The notes: a model not told the origin generated them from the letters alone. A DNA stretch of 64,000 nt from Candidatus Poribacteria bacterium (GCA_022824835.1 JAJDZB010000001.1:23318-87317); one strand, 5' to 3'. Positions 29,098 through 39,337 are shown, numbered from the stretch's first letter. A program made the numbers and translations.

Positions 29098-31834
29098 TTT
29101 CTTCCTCTGCTAATTGTGAGATCGCCTCTGAGATTTCTGACTCTAACTGTGCCAATTCGATTGTATCCAATTTCTCAAGTTCTCCAATTCCCCTTGCTTC
29201 ATCTAATTCAATCACAGGAGCAACAACCGCTGACAAGCTATTTCTGATAAGGATTTGATGACCGTTGCTCTTATGTATTTTGTTTACTGAAACTGTATCC
29301 GATTTTATGTCCGGGGCCCCGGTGTCAAGTGCAAAAGTGCCCTGTTTTCCGCCTGAAATCACCCATGCCCAGAATACAAGATCGTTGTGTACCACATTGT
29401 TGTAATCGTGACTCTGGAGACGGGTGGAATATTTATTGGTCAAATCACCAGGCAAATATGATGCTTTTCCATCAGTAGTAAAAACATAACTTGGAAGTAA
29501 GAATAGGGTCCAGACATTTCCAAAACGTTCAAACCGGAACCAAAATGATTTGTGCTCCCAATAGTTGTTTTTCTTTTTTACCACTTTTCGGGTAGCACGA
29601 CGGACACGCGCCTTGTAGGTGACTTTTCGAAAGTTCTCATCTGTTTTAGGAAAATATGCACGTTTTCGATCTTTGTCTATCCATAGACCTTGTGCTTCAA
29701 GGTGTCTGAAAAAACATGTATTGAGTAGCCAGACAAAAGGCTTTTCATCATAAGTGTTGATAAATTCTTCAATAGTCATCTTTCCTATATCGTTAGTGTC
29801 AATCGCAGTGTAAAGTGGATTAGCAGAAGTTGACAGATTCTCAAAAGTAAAAAGTCTTTCTGCATAAGTCATGAATGGCGGCAGCCAATCTGATTCTGTC
29901 CTTTCCCACACATCCTTTGCTATTCGGGCAGTGGTCCCAGCGTGCCAAACAACATCTGGAAGATTAACTACTTCAAGAAGATTGCTTGCGTAGCGGGTGA
30001 AGTGATTACTGCTGGAGGCAGTTCCAGTAATTGTATCTACTGCTTCAGGGCGGCGGGAAATTGTTATTTCAAAAGCAGTATTGCCATCAATCGGTCCAAA
30101 ATTTACTTCATTTTTGTTTTCATCACATTTCTCCCAAACGTCCGGTAATCCGGAACCTGCTCTTTCCATATCACCTGTTCCATAGAATATGTCTGACACA
30201 ACAGGATTCCGATATCCTTGAATACCACGTGCTCCACCTTTGATTCTTGTTTCAAACGTGTCTCTTATCTCATTATGAGGTGTGGCCGTCATCTGCTCTA
30301 TAACGTCTTGAACTAATCCGCCTGGATTGCGGACACGGATACAATTCTGCTCAATTTCAACAATGATTGGCTCATCCTTTTCATAGTCACGGTGAACGAG
30401 TGCGTTAACTACTATCTCTCTCAAGGCATCTGGAGGGTAGGGATATACAGATTTTGAGTGTTGTCCTCCTTTTAAGAGGAATGATCGATTAATGCGAGAA
30501 AGCAGCGCATAAATCCCGTCAAGTTGATACCAAAGGTTACCCTCAATTACTTCTTCTATTTGATTGACGGAAGTATCAAAAATGCTTTTGAACCAATCAG
30601 GATCTCCAATTATGCGTACGATGACTTTAGCGGTTTGGATATGGTACTGCGGAGTCTCAGCAAAAAGCAAGTAACCTCCCACCGTTGGAAAAATACTCTC
30701 TTCTTCTGTAGGCGAAGCAAGATCTAACTCACATAGCATGCGAATAATCCAATCGTCGTTGACAGTTGGCGGTACTCGTATATCCACCCTGCTGCAGTAC
30801 TGAGATAGACGGACTCTCATTGTTGGCCAATCAAAATCATCCAAGGCAGCTTCGGTAAGTTTCTGGAAATCAAAAGGAAGTAATGATAATTCTTCAGACA
30901 CAGTAGGAATTTGCGGTTGATAATCCGTGTCCTGTTGCCCCACATGTTGCCATAGGGTATTCATCACTTCATCAAATCCATTGATAGAAACGATCTGAAA
31001 GTTTGTTTGGATCTCACTAGCGAGTGCCTGGACTAACTGAGGAAGATTGTCAGAATCACCCTCTATATAATTTCGCGAGCACCAATAAATCCCATGACGG
31101 TAACCATCTGCAGCCGCGGCGTTATCAATAAGAAGATGTCGCATTATAGAAGGCTCTGCTCCTCGATATCCTATGACAATCAATGGATGATCTCTCAAAA
31201 GCGGGATCAATCTTTCAACAAGATTTGAATTAAGTTCTGCATTTACTTCGGCAAGAGTGTTTTTGTCAGTGTAATGTTGGACAGAACCATGTAAGTAAAT
31301 TAATTGCGGACGTTGAGAACTTGTTGATATAATGGAAAAGTCAGACGGTGTTTGGACAACATCAATATAATGAAGGCGACGGTTCGCTCTACACAAGTTT
31401 AATAAAACTGCATCAAAGTTTGTTGTAAGAACAGTATGAATGCGTTTCTGTTCCATCAACTTCACCATATATTCATATCCTTCACCCACTGGTACTTGTG
31501 TATCTAAAATGTCCTCAAAGAACAACCTTCGCGATTCACTTGGTTGTAGTATATTCTCTACAGCAAAAGGAAAATTATCAGCTGCACCCAAATCCTTACG
31601 ATACCAATTCTGTTTTTCTAACCACGGATACCAGTCACTTCGCCGAATACGTGGGTCTTCAGTAGAAAGATTATTCTCTTTACAGTATCCCCATCTTGCT
31701 ATTTTTTCAATCAATTCGCCTGCAAGAGGAATACCCGAGCTGTAGGAAGCACCAGCACCGAGTAAGAAGATTGGATCTGGTCCATCTTTAATGAGTGAAC
31801 ATAAGTGTCCAATAGTTTTTGTTTGAAATTGCAA
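29051..31834 (-). CDS. Short-pAgo effector: SIR2 NADase, HATPase_c_4 (RecG-C-terminal/GHKL-like) and APAZ fusion
   Basis: SIR2: FLLGAGAS..SGIP, TTNFD, YLHGS, VIGYRG. HATPase_c_4: YP..ALREIVVNALVHRDY, NPGGL, YRNP, MERAGSG. APAZ: SNLL.V..LP, WLLN, RAYF, YWEH.SF.FRF, PSYVFTTDG, YNN..HNDL.FW. Overlaps the pAgo start. Confidence 0.85.
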   Translation of the reverse strand: MQFQTKTIGHLCSLIKDGPDPIFLLGAGASYSSGIPLAGELIEKIARWGYCKENNLSTEDPRIRRSDWYPWLEKQNWYRKDLGAADNFPFAVENILQPSESRRLFFEDILDTQVPVGEGYEYMVKLMEQKRIHTVLTTNFDAVLLNLCRANRRLHYIDVVQTPSDFSIISTSSQRPQLIYLHGSVQHYTDKNTLAEVNAELNSNLVERLIPLLRDHPLIVIGYRGAEPSIMRHLLIDNAAAADGYRHGIYWCSRNYIEGDSDNLPQLVQALASEIQTNFQIVSINGFDEVMNTLWQHVGQQDTDYQPQIPTVSEELSLLPFDFQKLTEAALDDFDWPTMRVRLSQYCSRVDIRVPPTVNDDWIIRMLCELDLASPTEEESIFPTVGGYLLFAETPQYHIQTAKVIVRIIGDPDWFKSIFDTSVNQIEEVIEGNLWYQLDGIYALLSRINRSFLLKGGQHSKSVYPYPPDALREIVVNALVHRDYEKDEPIIVEIEQNCIRVRNPGGLVQDVIEQMTATPHNEIRDTFETRIKGGARGIQGYRNPVVSDIFYGTGDMERAGSGLPDVWEKCDENKNEVNFGPIDGNTAFEITISRRPEAVDTITGTASSSNHFTRYASNLLEVVNLPDVVWHAGTTARIAKDVWERTESDWLPPFMTYAERLFTFENLSTSANPLYTAIDTNDIGKMTIEEFINTYDEKPFVWLLNTCFFRHLEAQGLWIDKDRKRAYFPKTDENFRKVTYKARVRRATRKVVKKKNNYWEHKSFWFRFERFGNVWTLFLLPSYVFTTDGKASYLPGDLTNKYSTRLQSHDYNNVVHNDLVFWAWVISGGKQGTFALDTGAPDIKSDTVSVNKIHKSNGHQILIRNSLSAVVAPVIELDEARGIGELEKLDTIELAQLESEISEAISQLAEEENVNSDGNQPITYTRD

Positions 31835-31982
31835 ATTACAACCCTATTATTCACCAAGACAAAATGAAGGAAGGTCTTTAAAGATCAAATCTTGTCCTGT
31901 AATTCTATTTCGTTATACAAGTACTAAGTACAATTATGACATTAACTTGAGGAAAAATCAACTTGAAAATTAAGAGATTAAT

Positions 31983-33911
31983 TCAAATGAAAATTTTATA
32001 TGTCCGCAACCCTGAAACGGGTCCAATAATTGCCCAGATACTACCAATAACATAATCACCTAATATTAATCCTAAGAACAAAGGGGCAACTCGACGATGT
32101 AAGCGCAAACCTCCATGTCGTAAGATCAAGTATTTCAGCAACCAAGCGACGAAGAAGGCAAACCAGAAGTAATCCATCGCAAAACTTATCGCAAGCGCAT
32201 AACCGGCAGGATGGAAGGGCCACCACAGAAAATGCATCCGCATATACATCATGACAAATGTTAATAACGCACCGATACCCATAAATCCTATGCCGATAAG
32301 GTTCGGTTCTGAAGGATTGTGCAACCATCTCTGCAGTCGTCCAAACGATTCTCTACCCACCCATCCCTTAAATCCACCCGCTTTGGCAACCGCACCGTTT
32401 CGAAATGTGATGTCAAGATTTGCCCAAAATGTGGCTACTATGCCTACGATAATCGCTATCAACATCGCTAACCAAAGCCGTCTGTTCCCCATACCTGTAG
32501 ATTCTGCCAGTTTGAAGGCTTCAATCTGATTAGGCATCGGATGATTTCTATATCCACGATTAAACCAATAGAAAAGCGAGAGAATCGTGAGACTACTGGT
32601 GTCAAAATGACGTGTTCCGCCAACCATTGCCATTATGTCATGCGGATTTACATAGTATATTTCATGCGGTGTGCCAAGTTCCGCACGAACCCGTGTAATG
32701 GCGAAAGAGAGTAGAAAATAGATACCGAAAAATATACTGGCAATCCACAACGTCATTCCCGCTATGTTCGCAAAAATACCCAAGGCAATGAGAGAACCGA
32801 TAATACCTAACAGTGCGGATCGATATGACATGGGTTCATCCTTATCATCAAGTTGCGAATTGAAACCAATTGCTTTTTTAAAGACCTCTTTCAGATGTCG
32901 GCGCGTAACCCATATCGCCAATAGAAATAACGCAACCCATGCTCCATAAGCTTGTTCATTTAATGCTGGAAAATAACGTGTGCCAAGTGCTGCTGCTATG
33001 ACAAACTCAGCTAATCGGACAACAAAGAAAAACCAACAGGAGAATGATAGATCCAAGGGTAAGAAAAATGCTAAACCGACTGCAAACGGATAGACAGAGA
33101 TGCGTGTACCTCGAATAGCACTCCAAGGTCGTTCAGTGAAGATATTTTGAAAAACAGCAGTCCTTTTGATATACGGTATCTCTGGAAACTGCGGAAACAG
33201 ATAGTGAATACCGTTTATCAATCCAATGGTAACAGCGATGCTAAATCCGATCCACATCATCCGATTTTTCATCAGACGAGTTCCACTCTCCTCTGATAGT
33301 CGGAGTGGAAGTTGAATGATAGGATATGCTAACTTCTCCTGTTCTGTCCATCGCTTACGCACCAACGTATTGATGCATAACATCATAAACATCATAATCA
33401 GGAAGAATAACCCCCAAAAGAACAACGGTTTTAACCAGACACTAAAGTTATGTTCTGTATAGAAACTGGACTCCCCTTCATAGAATCCTTGCAAACTTTG
33501 CGGATCAGAGATGGTTAACCAAGATGGAAGATAGCGAAAAAAGAGTGTTTGCCATTCATTTTCTTCAGTTGCAAAACGGAAAGGATGTGCAATACTGCCG
33601 AACATATTCTGCATCGTATCATGACCGGCAAACGTACAAGAAATCGCTACCATGATGTATACCGTGAGTAACTCACCCTGTCGCAACATGTGCTTAGGTG
33701 ATATACCTCTGATAACGAAGTTCGCTACGACACACAGAAACATGATGAAGACAGGTTGGATGAAAAGGGGTAAACATGAACCGTCAAGTGAATAATACTT
33801 CACTTCAACTATTGTCATCCAATAGACATTGACAGGAATGAGCAACACGCCGATGATTAACGAACGGATCGTAATACCGGTTGATTTAATGCTACTTTGA
33901 TCCGTCTTCAT
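31983..33911 (-). CDS. Polytopic membrane protein, DUF6785/DUF6784-like (putative peptide transporter)
   Basis: Many TM helices, RKRW..QEKL.YPI.QLP, WWPFHPAGYA, LFLGLILGD. Confidence 0.7.
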   Translation of the reverse strand: MKTDQSSIKSTGITIRSLIIGVLLIPVNVYWMTIVEVKYYSLDGSCLPLFIQPVFIMFLCVVANFVIRGISPKHMLRQGELLTVYIMVAISCTFAGHDTMQNMFGSIAHPFRFATEENEWQTLFFRYLPSWLTISDPQSLQGFYEGESSFYTEHNFSVWLKPLFFWGLFFLIMMFMMLCINTLVRKRWTEQEKLAYPIIQLPLRLSEESGTRLMKNRMMWIGFSIAVTIGLINGIHYLFPQFPEIPYIKRTAVFQNIFTERPWSAIRGTRISVYPFAVGLAFFLPLDLSFSCWFFFVVRLAEFVIAAALGTRYFPALNEQAYGAWVALFLLAIWVTRRHLKEVFKKAIGFNSQLDDKDEPMSYRSALLGIIGSLIALGIFANIAGMTLWIASIFFGIYFLLSFAITRVRAELGTPHEIYYVNPHDIMAMVGGTRHFDTSSLTILSLFYWFNRGYRNHPMPNQIEAFKLAESTGMGNRRLWLAMLIAIIVGIVATFWANLDITFRNGAVAKAGGFKGWVGRESFGRLQRWLHNPSEPNLIGIGFMGIGALLTFVMMYMRMHFLWWPFHPAGYALAISFAMDYFWFAFFVAWLLKYLILRHGGLRLHRRVAPLFLGLILGDYVIGSIWAIIGPVSGLRTYKIFI

Positions 33912-33937
33912 AGTGATTGTGGATTGTCTGTTAACCG

Positions 33938-35818
33938 CTAACGGTAGGTTTGAACGATTTCTGTGATGACAGAACGTCTATTCTTCCAGTTAAGACGGGC
34001 TGGTGGAATAAGATATATACCATCAATCGGAATTGTATCCTGATTTCGTATCTCTTTCACAAGGTCTAAGGTCAGTTGCATGCCGAGTTCACTTCCAGCC
34101 GTATCCCCTAAGTCTTGAAATTTGTCAACGATGAACTGCGGTATATATAGACCTAAATTGTCACGTAGGTAGGAGGCACTACGAAAACTTGTAAGCGGAA
34201 GAATCCCGTAAAGGACTTTTATATTTAGGTGTTGTATTGCCTTTTGTGAACGTTCAATATCTTCATAGGTCCAGACAGGTTGTGTATATGCGAATTTTGC
34301 ACCTGCTGTAACCTTATTGCTTAAGTGTTTTATGTGAGGATCAAGATTCTCAGCGATGGTGAAGCCGCCGCCGTAGTAGAATCCACATGGATCTCCGATG
34401 GATGACCCATCAGCGAGTACACCTTGATTTAGACGATCTATCAGTTTCATCAGTTGCACTGCTCCGCGCACATCGGGCACGAGACTTGCGGCTTCGTACG
34501 GTCCGGCTTTGGGATGGTCACCTGACAGTGCGACAATCCCACGTATCCCTAATGCCTCTGCCTCTAACAGGTGCGATTGCATGCTGATAAGATTACGTGA
34601 ACGTGTTGTCCAATGGATAAGCGTTGGAATGTGTGTTGCTTGCTGTAAACGAAATGCGGTACCAACTGCACCTATGTTAACTGCCGCCCCTGAATTATCT
34701 GTCACATCAAATAGGTCAACACCGATAGATGCCAGCACGCGCGCCTCTTTCAACAAGGCACGCAATTGTGGGAATGTATTGGCGCGTGTTTCAACACTTA
34801 CAATCCTTTCGCGAGTTTCAAATACCTGTTGTATAGGGTTTTCTCTTTGTGTTTTGCTGGTAGGTGAGCTCTTCGGCAGTACAAATATACGGGGGAGACG
34901 TCTGATCGGTTTGCTTCTGCCGACAGCTTGACGGATTCTGGCTATAAATTCTGGGGTGGTGCCGCAGCATCCCCCAATCATATTAGCACCAAGATTGATC
35001 AACTTTTGAACGTAATCTGTAAAGACGTCGGCGTTTACTGTGTATGAAACAGCAATTTCTCCCTGTTCAACTCTCGGATTTCCAGCATTCGGTTGCACGA
35101 CAAGTGGGACGTTTATGACAGGTGCAAGCAATTCCATAGCTTGAACAAGGTCGTGAGGACCTCTGCAGTTAACACCGACAGCAGTTGCTCCCAGTTGTTC
35201 CAATTCTTGAGCGAACACGCGAACATCTATACCGGCACCAACTGTACCGCCTGAAATACCGCTAATCTCAATAACAACAGGAATGCCGTAGGTCAATGCT
35301 TGTTTCGTTGCAATCTGTGCTTGTTTTGTTGAAACGAAAGTCTCTAATATAAGCAGATCAACCCCCGCATCAACAAGGGGATCCATCTGTTCCTGAAATA
35401 GTTTACGGATTGTCTTCGTTGATGGTTCAACGGCTATGTCGTTTGTATCTTGAGAACCGAATGGGATCTGACCAACTGATCCTGCGATATAACATGTGTC
35501 TGATGTTACGGATTGTACTAATAATACCCCAGCACGGTTTATCTCATCAACTTTATCAGCAAGACCGTGGATTGAGAGTGCTTTCCGATTTGCTTGATAT
35601 GTATTCGTCTGGATGACATCTGCACCAGCATTCACATAAGCCTGATGGATGTCCTTGACTGTATCTGCATGTTCATTTGAAATATTACATGCATCTATAC
35701 AGTGTAGATGTGCCTTTATGCGTTGACGCAGTTCTGTACCGAGCGCACCATCACACACCAAGATTCGTTGTGCTAATGCTTCAATAAATGGAATTTTCGA
35801 TGGTGGTTTTGTATCCAT
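33938..35818 (-). CDS. Bifunctional homocysteine S-methyltransferase / methylenetetrahydrofolate reductase (YitJ-like)
   Basis: CDGALGT, AGADVIQTNTY, GVNC, PNAG, IGGCCGTTP followed by an MTHFR-like domain (DVTD, RSRNL, SGD, TQP). Confidence 0.9.
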   Translation of the reverse strand: MDTKPPSKIPFIEALAQRILVCDGALGTELRQRIKAHLHCIDACNISNEHADTVKDIHQAYVNAGADVIQTNTYQANRKALSIHGLADKVDEINRAGVLLVQSVTSDTCYIAGSVGQIPFGSQDTNDIAVEPSTKTIRKLFQEQMDPLVDAGVDLLILETFVSTKQAQIATKQALTYGIPVVIEISGISGGTVGAGIDVRVFAQELEQLGATAVGVNCRGPHDLVQAMELLAPVINVPLVVQPNAGNPRVEQGEIAVSYTVNADVFTDYVQKLINLGANMIGGCCGTTPEFIARIRQAVGRSKPIRRLPRIFVLPKSSPTSKTQRENPIQQVFETRERIVSVETRANTFPQLRALLKEARVLASIGVDLFDVTDNSGAAVNIGAVGTAFRLQQATHIPTLIHWTTRSRNLISMQSHLLEAEALGIRGIVALSGDHPKAGPYEAASLVPDVRGAVQLMKLIDRLNQGVLADGSSIGDPCGFYYGGGFTIAENLDPHIKHLSNKVTAGAKFAYTQPVWTYEDIERSQKAIQHLNIKVLYGILPLTSFRSASYLRDNLGLYIPQFIVDKFQDLGDTAGSELGMQLTLDLVKEIRNQDTIPIDGIYLIPPARLNWKNRRSVITEIVQTYR

Positions 35819-35856
35819 GTAGTCTGATTCTGTGAATTTAACTTCTATAGGTTTAC

Positions 35857-35884
35857 CCCCGTGTCAACATAAGTAAACACGGGG
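35857..35884. terminator. GC-rich hairpin between the monooxygenase-like gene and the yitJ-like gene
   Basis: CCCCGTGT...ACACGGGG 8-bp stem; no clear poly-T tail. Confidence 0.35.
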
Positions 35885-35931
35885 ATAATCTGTTGAGTCA
35901 AGAATGGAAATGTGATGTCTAAATGAGACAT

Positions 35932-37563
35932 TTATTGTATTATATCTCCCGCCTTCTCAACAGGAATATAATAATAACCGAAGATAATACACATCTCATC
36001 TTCAGAAGTTAAACCGAATTGAAGCGGTTTATTCGTATCATAGTTATTATGTGTACATTCAAAAGTCAATCCATCATCTGAACTCAATATAATAGGTGAT
36101 GGGAAAAGTGTGATAGGTGCATCGTCATAAGCGATGCTACGGTGTAACAATTCTCCTGTTGATCTCTGAAATATTTCAAATAGTTCACCGTGTCTATGCA
36201 TGTGAGATGTAAGTAGGAAGACGTGCAATTCCGTATCCGGATCGTGTCCACGGTGCTGAAGTTCATACTCAACATACCAGGTCATTTTAGACACACGGGT
36301 TAAACCTGGTGGAACGTTTATTGCTCTATTTGAAACGAATATCTCTAAGGCTTCATACTTTACTTCTTCTTTTGGAATCGTGTAGATATTGACATAAGTT
36401 TCACCGATCAGTACCTCATCCCCGAGAAGATTGATATAGTGTGAGTTTAGGTCGTAGACTGTGTTTCCTGGGAGTCGTAATCCAACACCCTCTGGAAATT
36501 CAAAGAGTGTATCATCCGTTTGGGTTCCAACGACGAACAGGCGATCACTGCCGAAATTACCGAGAGCCTGTGGATCGAGTGGATCAAGTTCTCTGAATTG
36601 CTCCTCTGGGTTCACACCGATACTTGTGTCAACACCTATATTCTGAATACCTTTCTCTATACCCTCTTCAGTGAGACGGTATATGATGAAGTGATGACTT
36701 CCTGATGGATAGAAAATCTCAACTCTGTTAATATAGATATCATCCTCTATTAGTTCACCATTTTCATCTCTGATCTGTGTTGCATAGAATACTTCCCGTT
36801 CTGTTCCTGGTTCTACTTTAAATTGTGGCAAAACGAGTTGGTAACCTTCGCCGGTAGGGGGTGGGGGTGGTGGATTAAATACCTCTTCTGGGTCCCTGAG
36901 AACACCGAGATCCCCAATTCCAGCTACTTTTCCAGTTTGCGGTGCTCCTGCTTCGATCCATGTGCGGATAGCATTAATCTTCGCTTGATGCAGAGGACCT
37001 GTTCCGAATGGCATCCGAGAACCGAAGTTTCGATTCTCAGGTCCCATCAATTTCGTCAAGAGAAAACTATTTTCAGGGTTACCGGGATCGATAAGTTTCA
37101 TACCAGCTGCAGCTGCGGCAGCATTTCGTGGAACACGATCAACCAAATCAGCATGGGATTGTCCATAAATAAGATTCAGGTCTGCTGAGTTCTGAGGGGG
37201 TGCATGGCAAGCACTATTTGCACAACTTTTGTCAAATATGTTATCTTGTATATCGTGATAAGTTGAGTTATCTCCCTGTTCTGTTTCACCAAATCTGTTT
37301 ACGACTCTCCTGAGATCCAATACGTCAACTGTACCATCACGGTTGACATCCGGATTCTGGTCTGATGTACGATCACCTGGTTGTCCTAATACAGTGGCAA
37401 CTAACACGAGATCTCTTATGTCAACTGTTCCATCATTGTTGACATCTTCTAATAGTGTAGACCCTGCATTGTGACCAAATGCTGTACCAATTGCTGTAAA
37501 TGACAGACACACGATTAAGGTGAGTAGAAGTGTTAAAAAAACTATGTTTTTGTAAATTTCCAT
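35932..37563 (-). CDS. Secreted protein: dockerin-like, cytochrome c-like (CX4CH) and copper type II ascorbate-dependent monooxygenase (PHM/DBH-like) domains
   Basis: DVNNDGTVDIRDL / DVNRDGTVDVLDL; CANSACH...PGNPENSFL...RMP...WIEAGA; copper ligands SHH, NSHY, SHMH and EDEMC. Confidence 0.78.
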   Translation of the reverse strand: MEIYKNIVFLTLLLTLIVCLSFTAIGTAFGHNAGSTLLEDVNNDGTVDIRDLVLVATVLGQPGDRTSDQNPDVNRDGTVDVLDLRRVVNRFGETEQGDNSTYHDIQDNIFDKSCANSACHAPPQNSADLNLIYGQSHADLVDRVPRNAAAAAAGMKLIDPGNPENSFLLTKLMGPENRNFGSRMPFGTGPLHQAKINAIRTWIEAGAPQTGKVAGIGDLGVLRDPEEVFNPPPPPPTGEGYQLVLPQFKVEPGTEREVFYATQIRDENGELIEDDIYINRVEIFYPSGSHHFIIYRLTEEGIEKGIQNIGVDTSIGVNPEEQFRELDPLDPQALGNFGSDRLFVVGTQTDDTLFEFPEGVGLRLPGNTVYDLNSHYINLLGDEVLIGETYVNIYTIPKEEVKYEALEIFVSNRAINVPPGLTRVSKMTWYVEYELQHRGHDPDTELHVFLLTSHMHRHGELFEIFQRSTGELLHRSIAYDDAPITLFPSPIILSSDDGLTFECTHNNYDTNKPLQFGLTSEDEMCIIFGYYYIPVEKAGDIIQ

Positions 37564-37594
37564 TATGTCATAACCTCCATTTTATTTAATACGA

Positions 37595-38311
37595 TCATTC
37601 TTCGTTAATTTCTTTGAATAACTTAGATTTTGTTGTGAACCTATATTTTAGCAATGTCCAAGCAGCAAAAATACCATCAGACCAAAAACGCAACTTTTTA
37701 CCCTCCTTTTTCGTGCGAGGAAAATAGGAAACTGGTATTTCGTGTATATCAAAACCTGCTCTTAGTAACTTCGCTGTTACTTCGGGACAGAACTCAAAAC
37801 CTTCACAGGTCAAATTGAGTTTACGGATAACATCAGAAGAAAATGCTTTGTACCCTGTGGATTCATCAGTGATTTTTGAGCCGTATAGGATGTTGGTATA
37901 AACTGCCAGGATGCGATTCGCGATATAATTCTGAAGACTTGCGTTCTGTCTCCCCTTCAGAAACCTTGATCCGTATACGACTTCTGCGGTCTCTGTCTTT
38001 AAGGGACGCACCAATTCAACAATGTCACTCGGGCTGAGTTCCATATCCGCATCTTGGATGACAACTATTTTTCCTCTCACATAAGGTATTCCGCTTCGTA
38101 TTGCAGAACCTTTACCTTTATTCTTTTCACAATTGACTATTGTAATATCAGGTTCGTCGGCATACTGTTCCAGTATTGTAGGTGTCCTGTCGGTAGAGCC
38201 GTCATTGACAACGATAATCTGTTTCTCAAAAGGTAGAGATTGCACTGATTCAAGTACCTGTCCTATCGTTTGTTCTTCGTTGTACGCTGGTATAATCACA
38301 GATACTAACAT
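37595..38311 (-). CDS. Glycosyltransferase family 2 (DPM1-like polyprenol-phosphate glycosyltransferase)
   Basis: SVIIPAYNEE, VNDGSTD, NKGKG, IQDAD, VVYGSRF. Confidence 0.92.
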   Translation of the reverse strand: MLVSVIIPAYNEEQTIGQVLESVQSLPFEKQIIVVNDGSTDRTPTILEQYADEPDITIVNCEKNKGKGSAIRSGIPYVRGKIVVIQDADMELSPSDIVELVRPLKTETAEVVYGSRFLKGRQNASLQNYIANRILAVYTNILYGSKITDESTGYKAFSSDVIRKLNLTCEGFEFCPEVTAKLLRAGFDIHEIPVSYFPRTKKEGKKLRFWSDGIFAAWTLLKYRFTTKSKLFKEINEE

Positions 38312-38356
38312 TATCCATCACACTCTATTTATATTGTATTGGCAAACCGCGTAAAA

Positions 38357-39148
38357 TCAGAGTAACGATCTTACCATACCTCCATCTACCTGTATCGTTG
38401 CTCCAGTGATATAACTGGATTTTTCTGACGCGAGAAAAACGACTAAGTTTGCAAATTCTTCAGGATCTCCAATTCTCCCGAGTGGAATATTGGCAGTCAT
38501 ATTCTCAAGTGCTTGATCATAGGTTATACCTGACTCTTCTGCTCTTACAGATGCCAACTGTTTAATTCTATCAGTGAAAATAATCCCTGGACAGACGTTA
38601 TTAACCAATATTTTGTCGGGTGCAAGTTCGGTTGCAAGCGTTTTTGCGAATCCAATGACCCCGGTTCGTGCCATATTGGAAAGCATCAATCCATCTACAG
38701 GCTGTTTGACAGAAACAGATGTAAGGTTGATAATCCGCCCACCGCCTCGTTTCCGCATCCATGGAACAACTGCTCTACTCATGTTGATTGTACTCATCAA
38801 ATTCAGATTCACAGCATCGCGATAGTCTTCTGCTGACAGGTCATCGAATCTTCCTGCTCTCGGTCCACCTGCGTTATTTACTAAAATGTCAATACCACCG
38901 AAATGCGAAATTGTTCTGGCTATCAGTACTTCAACCTGATCTGGTTGGCTAACATCAGTTGGAATAACCAACACTTCAGTTTCTGTTTTCTCTCGAATTT
39001 CGTCAGCGGTCTGTTCTAACACTTGGTTGTCTCTTGCGCAGATAGTGACTCTTGCGCCTTCGTAAGCTAAACCGAGTGCTATTGCTTTCCCTAATCCTTT
39101 ACTTGATGCCCCGACTACTGCTATTTTGTTTGTAAGACCAAGTTCCAT
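38357..39148 (-). CDS. SDR family oxidoreductase (FabG-like)
   Basis: GASSKGLG, DILVNNAGG, SNMAR variant of YxxxK, ITG..I.VDGG. Confidence 0.9.
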   Translation of the reverse strand: MELGLTNKIAVVGASSKGLGKAIALGLAYEGARVTICARDNQVLEQTADEIREKTETEVLVIPTDVSQPDQVEVLIARTISHFGGIDILVNNAGGPRAGRFDDLSAEDYRDAVNLNLMSTINMSRAVVPWMRKRGGGRIINLTSVSVKQPVDGLMLSNMARTGVIGFAKTLATELAPDKILVNNVCPGIIFTDRIKQLASVRAEESGITYDQALENMTANIPLGRIGDPEEFANLVVFLASEKSSYITGATIQVDGGMVRSLL

Positions 39149-39337
39149 ACTTATGTTATGGAGGAATATTTTATCCTCTATCCTTTCAAAATGTGCAATC
39201 TATTGTGTCTGAAATTAAGTATACTATTTATGGTATATGTTGTCAAGCGAATTGCAGTTTTGGGTTTTCAGTCTTCAGGTTTCAACTTTTTTACACGCTT
39301 TTTTGAAGATTTACACACCCACAGCGCACTACTAATC

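Noticed and set aside
29900-30900. True RecG helicase in the pAgo effector
   Set aside because: No Walker A or DExH motifs; 'RecG C-terminal' is only the legacy name of the HATPase_c_4 family.
35819-35931. SAM riboswitch upstream of the yitJ-like gene
   Set aside because: Only one simple hairpin; no SAM-I core sequence recognisable.
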